From the IMG/VR virus record IMGVR_UViG_3300037423_000584: a stretch of DNA of 64,000 nt; one strand, given 5' to 3'. Position numbers and translations under genes: made by a program. A model generated the notes under the pieces. The model saw only the letters and a program-made list of their open reading frames with translations, had not been told where the DNA came from and did no database searches. Each line of letters opens with the position of its first letter. Position 1 is the stretch's first letter. The stretch is from a virus. Positions 57,160 to 64,000 of this stretch are shown here, piece after piece.

Positions 57160-58294
57160 GATTGCTTACATAAGTCCACATTTCGACGCTTCTGGTTATT
57201 CAGAAGCAGCTAGGCAAACAATATTGGCTCTCGATCAATCGGGAGCCGATGTTGTTACTAGACATATCAAGATGACTAATACGCACGGAGATGTTCCAAA
57301 TAGAATTAAAGAATTAGAGTCAAAAGATCTTAATAATGTCGATGTATTAATACAACATAACCTCCCAAGTGAATTTGTTTATAAGGGTGGAGTTCATAAT
57401 GTAGGAATGTTTGCTTATGAAACTTCATCATTTGTAAACTCAGGATGGGCTGATAATCTTGCATTGATGGATACAATCATTGTATTTGATCAATCTCAAT
57501 TAGAATCAATTGCTAATACGGACGAAAATCTTTTGGAAAAATCCTTCGTTGTACCACATCCATTAGATACGGATAAGTTCTATAAAGAATATGAAACGAT
57601 AGATTTCGGATTTCCTAAGTCTACACTAAAATTCTATACCATTTCAGAATTCAATAGACGCAAGAATTTCGGTGTATTACTAACTTCTTATCTAAATGCT
57701 TTTGCATCAGAAGATGATGTAGTTCTAATAGTTAAGGTTGGTAAAAATGATAGAGATCAAGTAAAATCAATGATTGAAGATATTAAGTCTAATCTTAATA
57801 AATTCAATGATGATAATAGATATCCCAAGGTTATTTTGATTGCCGATCACCTATCAGAAGATATGCTTTGTTCTTTGCATGTTACGGGCGATGTATTTGT
57901 ATCTGCTTCACATGGCGAAGCTTTTTGTATTCCCTTTGTCGAAGCTCTAGGTTTCGGTAAACCATGTTTAGTTCCATATCATACAGCATTTAAATCGTAT
58001 CAACCTGAATTCGATATAAATCTAATGGTTGGTTGTACGAGTGCTCCTGTTATTGGAGTATCTAATGCACCTCATGGATTATATACATCAGATGAATCTT
58101 GGTGGAATCCTCTAATAGAAGATATGACAGAGAAAATGCGTACTATCTACGATAATAAAGATAGTTATCTTAATGATAATGAACTCATAGAAGCCAGAAA
58201 GAAGTATGTCGTAGAGAATTTTTCCAGAAAAGTTATCGGAAAGCAGCTTTTAAATCTTATCGAATCAAGGATCAATAATGCAAGCAAGAAGTGA
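57152..58294 (+). CDS. GT4 glycosyltransferase
   Basis: SGYSEA, YET, RKN and SHGEAFCIPFVEA. Confidence 0.85.
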   Translation: MPKIAYISPHFDASGYSEAARQTILALDQSGADVVTRHIKMTNTHGDVPNRIKELESKDLNNVDVLIQHNLPSEFVYKGGVHNVGMFAYETSSFVNSGWADNLALMDTIIVFDQSQLESIANTDENLLEKSFVVPHPLDTDKFYKEYETIDFGFPKSTLKFYTISEFNRRKNFGVLLTSYLNAFASEDDVVLIVKVGKNDRDQVKSMIEDIKSNLNKFNDDNRYPKVILIADHLSEDMLCSLHVTGDVFVSASHGEAFCIPFVEALGFGKPCLVPYHTAFKSYQPEFDINLMVGCTSAPVIGVSNAPHGLYTSDESWWNPLIEDMTEKMRTIYDNKDSYLNDNELIEARKKYVVENFSRKVIGKQLLNLIESRINNASKK

Positions 58295-59288
58295 AGTTTT
58301 TACAAGAGCAATTAATAATACTTCTGGTGCCTACAATATTTTAACAGCACCTACTCACGAAAGAACACAGAGCAATATGTCTTCTATAAAGCATACGTTC
58401 TTTCTATTCCAACATAAGAGTTTTAAGCCTTGGAATGAAAAGTACGCTAAGCTTCCTAAGAATCATGTGCTTTTAGAACTATCTGAGAATCCAATTCGTC
58501 CAGATATGAAGTTCGATATGGTCTTATCTCAGAATAGATTTGGACAAATACAAATTCTCGGTCAAGTTGCTGATAATTTAAACCTACCGCATATCAATAT
58601 TGAACATACTACTGTTCCTCCATTTTGGACAGAAAAGCAATTAAAACAGTATACTGCTCCCAAGGTAGACCTTTATATCTTTATTACTAAGACGTCTTGT
58701 AAAGCTTGGGGATTTGATCCAGATGATGATAATGTTGAAATATTACATCATGGTATCCCAGTAGATGTTTTTACCCTAGGTGATGTACAAAAGCTTGATG
58801 GTAAGGTACTTACAGTCCAAAACGATTTCATCAACAGAAATTGGTGTTTGAACTTTGAACTATATCAAAAGCTTACGGACGGATTACCTACAAATCCTGT
58901 CGGAGATACTCCGGGGTTTAGTAAAGGTGCTGATCTTCCAGAATTAATTGAAAAATATCATAATGCTTCTGTATTCTTAAATACCACAAACTATTCACCA
59001 TTGCCACATGCTCTTCTTGAAGCAGCGGCTTGTGGATGTCCAATAGTAACTACTGATACTTGGTCTATTGGTGAATTAATACAAGATGGCGTAAATGGGT
59101 TTATTAGTAACGACGAGGCTTATCTAAGAGATAGATTAGAATGGTGTTTAAATAATCCAGAAGAAGCTAAAGAACTTGGAAAGAAAGCACGTCAGACTGT
59201 TATCGAAAAATTCTCTATGGAAAATCACATTAAAAAGCTAAATTCAATATTCGATAAGGTATACGGTAAAACACATAATATAGGATAA
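58278..59288 (+). CDS. GT4 glycosyltransferase
   Basis: P.ALLEAAACGCPIVTT, GVNGF and LGKKAR. Confidence 0.85.
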   Translation: MQARSEVFTRAINNTSGAYNILTAPTHERTQSNMSSIKHTFFLFQHKSFKPWNEKYAKLPKNHVLLELSENPIRPDMKFDMVLSQNRFGQIQILGQVADNLNLPHINIEHTTVPPFWTEKQLKQYTAPKVDLYIFITKTSCKAWGFDPDDDNVEILHHGIPVDVFTLGDVQKLDGKVLTVQNDFINRNWCLNFELYQKLTDGLPTNPVGDTPGFSKGADLPELIEKYHNASVFLNTTNYSPLPHALLEAAACGCPIVTTDTWSIGELIQDGVNGFISNDEAYLRDRLEWCLNNPEEAKELGKKARQTVIEKFSMENHIKKLNSIFDKVYGKTHNIG

Positions 59289-59291
59289 ATA

Positions 59292-59771
59292 ATGAAACTA
59301 AATTTACAATGTGGAACTAATCTTAGGAATGGATGGATTAATGTCAATTCTCATCCTATTAACATTGAACAAACAACAGAGGAGGTTAAGTTTCATATAG
59401 GAGACTATAGAAATCTTGACAGTCTGGTAGAAGATAACTCGGTTGAGGAAATTGTATTTTCTCAGCCAATGAATGTTGTTAAAGCCAATGAAGTTATACC
59501 AATCCTATCTAATTGGCGTAAGAAACTAAAGATATCTAGTAAGTTAACCATATCTATTTTCGACACACGAAGGGTCGCAAGAGCCCTTTATATGTCGGAT
59601 ATAAGTCTCGCAGATGCACATATATATCTACTTGGTGCTAATAATGAATTCCAATCAATAGTAGATACCAATATAGAAAGAACTGTTCTTGAACAGTGCG
59701 GTTTTGTTATTGATTCTATTAATATCGACGGTCTAATTTCAACCATAACATCAGTAAAATCAAATGCTTAA
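59292..59771 (+). CDS. class I SAM methyltransferase-like protein (degenerate)
   Basis: KLNLQCG...GWINVN and DNSVEEI; glycine-loop residues partly changed. Confidence 0.6.
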   Translation: MKLNLQCGTNLRNGWINVNSHPINIEQTTEEVKFHIGDYRNLDSLVEDNSVEEIVFSQPMNVVKANEVIPILSNWRKKLKISSKLTISIFDTRRVARALYMSDISLADAHIYLLGANNEFQSIVDTNIERTVLEQCGFVIDSINIDGLISTITSVKSNA

Positions 59772-60429
59772 GACATCTTGTAATAATTGTATTTTCCTAG
59801 AAAATACCAAGTGTAAATTAGATAAAGAAACTGTATTATATGATAGATTAGTAGTTACAGAAGGTTTCTGTAATCAAAAAAGGCCGGAAACTTGGCTTAA
59901 AAAGAATAATGACCAAGTACGACCTATCTTGGATAAAATAAACCAAGATGAAAATAATATATCTAGTATAATAATTTGCAAGAATAAAGATAAATCAAGC
60001 ATAATCAAAACTATAAAATCCTGTTTAAAATCACCACACATTAAACAGATAGTATTATCTGGATATTGTTTGGAAATCAATCTTATTAAAGAATTGATTA
60101 CTTTCTTGTCTGACAAAGGCATTAAGTGGTCAATAGATAATAATTTAGAAGATTTCCAAGATGATATATACTATATCGACGGTGGAGTAAGTAAATCCAC
60201 AGAAGAATGGTGTGTGGTTTTAGATGCTGGTGATGAAGTAAGCGTTGATTCCATGTCTTTATTAAAACAAGGTATAAATACCAAGAATATTATAATGAGC
60301 TATATTGATAATAAAATAGCTTTTAATAGATTTGCATTTTTAGAGATGGAAGGAAATCTAGAAATGCCTTGGATAGATAAACTTAAAACATTTAGCAATT
60401 GGGAAAATTCATGTCTGATTATAAAATAG
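59764..60429 (+). CDS. Cys-rich N-terminus plus a degenerate GT-A-like domain
   Basis: C..C.F...C...C; TIKS.L and W.VVLDAGD. Confidence 0.45.
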   Translation: MLKTSCNNCIFLENTKCKLDKETVLYDRLVVTEGFCNQKRPETWLKKNNDQVRPILDKINQDENNISSIIICKNKDKSSIIKTIKSCLKSPHIKQIVLSGYCLEINLIKELITFLSDKGIKWSIDNNLEDFQDDIYYIDGGVSKSTEEWCVVLDAGDEVSVDSMSLLKQGINTKNIIMSYIDNKIAFNRFAFLEMEGNLEMPWIDKLKTFSNWENSCLIIK

Positions 60430-61187
60430 GAATTGTTACTGCCAATTATAATGGCGGTAAATATTTTGAAGGATATCTTGAAGGTCTTCTCTCTCAAACA
60501 GTCATACCAAACTATGTGGTCATAGTTGATGATGGAAGCAAAGATGATTCTTATAAAGAAATGATAGAAAAGTTAGAAACCATATGTAAAAATTATTACG
60601 AAAAAGAAGATCCTGATGGCAATAAAATATTCAAAGGCAATTATAAAGAAACAGTATTTATCGTCTTTGGACAAAAGGAAAACAAAGGACCTGCTGCTGC
60701 ACGAAATGTGGCATTAAACTTCCTTGTTGATAAAACAGATATTATATTTATCTATGATTCTGATGATATTTATAAACCAACAAAGATAGAGAAATCATTA
60801 GAAGTATTTAAAGCATATCCAGAAGTTGCTCTAGTATATTCTGATTACGATGTTCTTGTCTCAAAGAGCGGTAAAAGAACAAGAGAATATAAAGAACCCT
60901 TTAGTTTTAAACGATTATTTAACGAATGTATCGTATCTAACAATTCTGCAATAGCCACTAGAATCCTAAATACAATCGGTGGATATGACGAATCACTATT
61001 TGGTCCAGAAGATTATGATCTGTGGCTTAGAATTGCAGAAGTAGGTGCAGTATACCACATCCCTGAGTCTTTATATACTTATAGGATCACAGGTAATAAC
61101 ATAACAGTAACAACTCCATCGGAAAAATTTGCACAGCATGTAAGAAGAGTACATGAGAAAGCAATAGAGAGAAGAAATGGTAAATAA
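60411..61187 (+). CDS. GT2 glycosyltransferase
   Basis: YN, VDDGSKD, G.AAARN, DSDD and EDYDLWLR; ORF open from 60399. Confidence 0.9.
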   Translation: MSDYKIGIVTANYNGGKYFEGYLEGLLSQTVIPNYVVIVDDGSKDDSYKEMIEKLETICKNYYEKEDPDGNKIFKGNYKETVFIVFGQKENKGPAAARNVALNFLVDKTDIIFIYDSDDIYKPTKIEKSLEVFKAYPEVALVYSDYDVLVSKSGKRTREYKEPFSFKRLFNECIVSNNSAIATRILNTIGGYDESLFGPEDYDLWLRIAEVGAVYHIPESLYTYRITGNNITVTTPSEKFAQHVRRVHEKAIERRNGK

Positions 61188-61653
61188 TATAGGATTTATT
61201 TTGGACGACATTGGTGCTTGTCAGAGTGCGTATCTTTGTATCAAAAATAGTAATAAATTCCTTAAAGAGAACATAGATACTTGCATATCTATATTTTATT
61301 CTGAAAACATACTTCCTTGTATGAATCCAAGATTTGCAAGATATCATATATCCGATTGTACTAATTTTGAAGGTCATTTAATTGCTACTTCTATTCAATC
61401 TGCATTAATCTGTAAAGAAGTATCTAAATCTAAGAAATATTATTACATTAATGATCTAGAGTGGATAAGACCACATTTTGATAAAAATAAAGAAGAATTG
61501 AACTCAATTCTTTACGATAATTCAGTAATCAAATTTACGAGGTGTGAAGATTATAAGAAAGAACTAAAAAACAACGGTGTTAACGTAAACGATAAGATAG
61601 TTAAGGATTTTGATATTTCTACAATTTTGGAGATTATAAATGAAGGCAGATGA
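61177..61653 (+). CDS. hypothetical protein (GT-B N-lobe-like?)
   Basis: IAT....A....K.YY..DLEW pattern. Confidence 0.45.
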   Translation: MVNNIGFILDDIGACQSAYLCIKNSNKFLKENIDTCISIFYSENILPCMNPRFARYHISDCTNFEGHLIATSIQSALICKEVSKSKKYYYINDLEWIRPHFDKNKEELNSILYDNSVIKFTRCEDYKKELKNNGVNVNDKIVKDFDISTILEIINEGR

Positions 61654-62452
61654 TATTAGAGATGAACTAATTAAGAAAGGTCTTTCAGAACAAGCCGTAA
61701 AGGGATTGTCTAAGAAGGAACTGGAAACAATGCTAGAGGTAGCCAATGAATCTGAAAAGATCCTTGGTTCTACTATTAAAGAAACAATTACAGTGGATCA
61801 AGTGGTAGAATCTGTTAGTGATCTGGATAAGCCAGTTGAACTTCCAAAGCCAACAGATAAAAACTGGACTCAATATGTAATGACTTTATTTGATGAGTCA
61901 GAACTAATGAACGGTATGCCACGGGTAGATGGACTTCGTAGAGTAACAGAACTAGTCCTTGGTCCATTTGATACTCTTACTAATATCATTGAGCCACCAA
62001 CTATTAATAATAGCTTTAGAGCTACTGTATTAGTAAGATTGCAATTTAAGAATGATAAGCGTGTCGTAGACGGATCTGCCGATGTATTCTCTGGAAACAC
62101 AGATAAGTCATTCGCAATTCACCCTGTAGCCACTGCTGAGACAAGAGCAGAAGGACGTGCTCTAAGAAAGGCTCTTAAGCTAGTTAAGATTGTTGCAGCA
62201 GAAGAAATTGCTGATGTTGATCAAGATGAGCCAGATGGTACGGATAAGAGAATTACGTCTTCAATGGTAACAAGCTTGATTCTAATGTGTAATAGACAGA
62301 ATATTGATCTGTTAAAGCTTGCCATAAAGATGGGTTTTGATATACAGACACCAGATGATTTAACTCACGCACAAGGTATTCAAATTTCAGATAAGCTTGG
62401 TCTATATCAGCAGAACAAGGAACAAATTCCACAAGAGATTAAGAAGGTATAA
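61640..62452 (+). CDS. putative ssDNA-annealing (Rad52-like) protein
   Basis: GLRR...G.AD and ATAETRAEGRALRKAL motif. Confidence 0.5.
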   Translation: MKADDIRDELIKKGLSEQAVKGLSKKELETMLEVANESEKILGSTIKETITVDQVVESVSDLDKPVELPKPTDKNWTQYVMTLFDESELMNGMPRVDGLRRVTELVLGPFDTLTNIIEPPTINNSFRATVLVRLQFKNDKRVVDGSADVFSGNTDKSFAIHPVATAETRAEGRALRKALKLVKIVAAEEIADVDQDEPDGTDKRITSSMVTSLILMCNRQNIDLLKLAIKMGFDIQTPDDLTHAQGIQISDKLGLYQQNKEQIPQEIKKV

Positions 62453-62454
62453 TT

Positions 62455-62949
62455 ATGTCAACAGAGAATCAAACAACAAATAATGCATTTTTTAAGCAAT
62501 TCAGAGTATATCGTCCAAATAAGCAAGGCAATGGCTTTGCTTCTAGTTGGCAACTATCTTATAAGCCAAATAACAAGTATGACAAGTACAATATGTTTCT
62601 TGTTATGGCCAAGCAAACTGGTGTAGATGAGAATGATAATGCATCGTTTGACTGGAAGGGTGGAGTAACTGTTAAGCTTGGCGAGAATGATATTGGAGAA
62701 ATCCTTGCAGTAGCAGAAGGTCGCAAGGAAGCCGCTGGTTACAAGGGTAGCTTATTCCATCAGACACAAGATGGTGGAAATAAGGTTATTAAGTTTGTTC
62801 GGACAGATAATGGATATTCTCTATCTGTTTCTGCACAAAACAAGGAAAAGGTAAGTTCTGGTAATTTATTCCAGACTCTTTCAGATGGAGAAGTTTCTAT
62901 CCTTACTGTTCTTTTGAAGAAGGCTATTGAAACCATCTATGGATGGTAA
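62455..62949 (+). CDS. Whirly-like ssDNA-binding protein
   Basis: FRVY, FDW....VKL...DIGEIL, LFH and LS.GE..L pattern. Confidence 0.55.
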   Translation: MSTENQTTNNAFFKQFRVYRPNKQGNGFASSWQLSYKPNNKYDKYNMFLVMAKQTGVDENDNASFDWKGGVTVKLGENDIGEILAVAEGRKEAAGYKGSLFHQTQDGGNKVIKFVRTDNGYSLSVSAQNKEKVSSGNLFQTLSDGEVSILTVLLKKAIETIYGW

Positions 62950-62977
62950 ATAGAATCGATAGTTATTAAATAACTTA

Positions 62978-63004
62978 ACCCGCTTTTGGCGGGTTCTTTT
63001 ATTT
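62978..63004. terminator. intrinsic terminator between convergent transcription units
   Basis: AACCCGC-TTTTG-GCGGGTT followed by CTTTT. Confidence 0.75.
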
Positions 63005-64000
63005 ATATAAGTTTCTTTGTAGATCCATCACTATAAGTTAAATCTATACTTATATCCGTTGTATTTATAATAGATGTCACTGTTCCAATTGTTAATTTCA
63101 CTTGGGATAGTTTTGGAGATGGCGTTCCATAAAATTCTAATTCAGATATATTGCCATATCCTGCGACTGGTGCTACATATCTAACCCATCTATATGGTGT
63201 AGTATCAGTAAAATTAATGGTTGTATATTGACCTTCTGTTGGTTTGACTGTTACTGTTCCAAGGGTAACGAATCCATCTGTAGAGGATTTATTTGATCCT
63301 TGGAATATGCCTCCGATCATTCTTGAAGATTGTCCAATTCTTGGGGAAAATCTAACAGAATTTATAACAGTTGAAGTGCCTAAATCGATACCAACGAATG
63401 CATTATCTGCTTGAGGTGAATCGAAGAAAGTATTCATATCTCCATCGAAAACCTTATCAATAGTGTTTCCAGTATTATTCCAGCTACCGGGAGTTCCAAA
63501 AGGTGTTCCAGTTAATTTGGTATTAGCCACAGTATTCTCCTTAATAACATATTTATTTGCTATATCTTTTAGTGCCTTATACTTTGGTCCAGTTAAATCG
63601 CGAGGATCTTGTACTGTTCCCCACTGATATCTGTCCCAAACACCAGTATAGTTATAATAAAAATACTCGCATCCACCATCAGCAAACCAGTCAGTCATAA
63701 CTTTATAAGTATGATCGTAAACTCTTGGGTCTGATTGTGCTGCTATCTTAAGAGGACGATTAGTATCTGGTTCTGAAATATCTAATCCGCCTTCGTATGA
63801 AATTGATTTAACACCATATTGTTTTGCTAAATCGTTGATACGCTTCTCATTGTCATCTATTGGTAAATTAGCAGTTACCATTAGATTAGTCATTAATTGA
63901 TCAAGAGTTAGATCTGTCTTGGCTAAAATGTTATTATCTGTTACTCCTTTGTATGGAGCACCAGCAACGCCATAGATAATGTCTGATACTTTGCCATATT
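63003..64000 (-). CDS. C-terminal part of a probable carbohydrate-binding/glycosidase protein with an F5/8-type-C (discoidin-like) domain; truncated by the window edge
   Basis: Frame is open past 63893 to the edge (YGKVSDIIYGVAGAPY...); APY and YEGG motifs, then VFDGD..TFFD..GIDLG...YRWVRY...ISELEFYG. Confidence 0.7.
   Translation of the reverse strand, partial: YGKVSDIIYGVAGAPYKGVTDNNILAKTDLTLDQLMTNLMVTANLPIDDNEKRINDLAKQYGVKSISYEGGLDISEPDTNRPLKIAAQSDPRVYDHTYKVMTDWFADGGCEYFYYNYTGVWDRYQWGTVQDPRDLTGPKYKALKDIANKYVIKENTVANTKLTGTPFGTPGSWNNTGNTIDKVFDGDMNTFFDSPQADNAFVGIDLGTSTVINSVRFSPRIGQSSRMIGGIFQGSNKSSTDGFVTLGTVTVKPTEGQYTTINFTDTTPYRWVRYVAPVAGYGNISELEFYGTPSPKLSQVKLTIGTVTSIINTTDISIDLTYSDGSTKKLI

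Noticed and set aside
585-62100. Numerous short minus-strand ORFs in the track
   Set aside because: They lie antisense to well-supported + strand genes and carry no recognisable motifs.
1-64000. Genome-wide stop-codon reassignment (prompted by the internal TAG in dnaE and TGA in the HNH gene)
   Set aside because: Long conserved genes are intact under the standard code, and both TGA and TAG end genes normally (e.g. nrdA TGA 29499, dnaE-C TAG 54237). Reading TAG through would not fix the dnaE frame anyway.

Overview
This AT-rich, densely coded 64-kb window runs almost entirely on the + strand and reads as part of a large (jumbo-type) dsDNA bacteriophage genome using the standard genetic code. 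It has no rRNA, no CRISPR array and no recognisable capsid or tail core genes. It contains four main groups of genes. (i) Replication/recombination: RecA, DnaB, DnaG, a DnaE split over two genes, a DnaQ-like exonuclease, a Cas4-like nuclease, SSB, RuvB and a Whirly-like protein. (ii) Nucleotide and NAD metabolism: ThyA, DHFR, class I (Id-like) RNR, dCMP deaminase, an intein-containing IMPDH/GMPR, dNMP kinase, several MazG-like proteins and a CinA-NadD fusion. (iii) Translation and transcription: GluRS, Pth2, a class II aaRS-core paralog, Rmf-like proteins and two sigma-like proteins. (iv) About ten glycosyltransferase or sugar-modifying genes in three clusters. The most unusual signals are these. 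The 5' end of dnaE has its PHP motif HCH|SVYSLLDG broken by an 8-nt stop-containing insert inside a long hairpin (candidate translational hop). An anticodon-less tRNA-like RNA lies directly after gltX. RBS-occluding hairpins with an embedded promoter-like motif precede two HNH genes and nrdB. There is also a five-gene paralog array sharing an FNSKR..IKKxxP motif, two probable pseudo-enzymes (DeoC-like and PncA-like), and an alternative-frame ORF inside a C5 DNA methyltransferase. All family assignments come from motif recognition by eye; no database searches were run.
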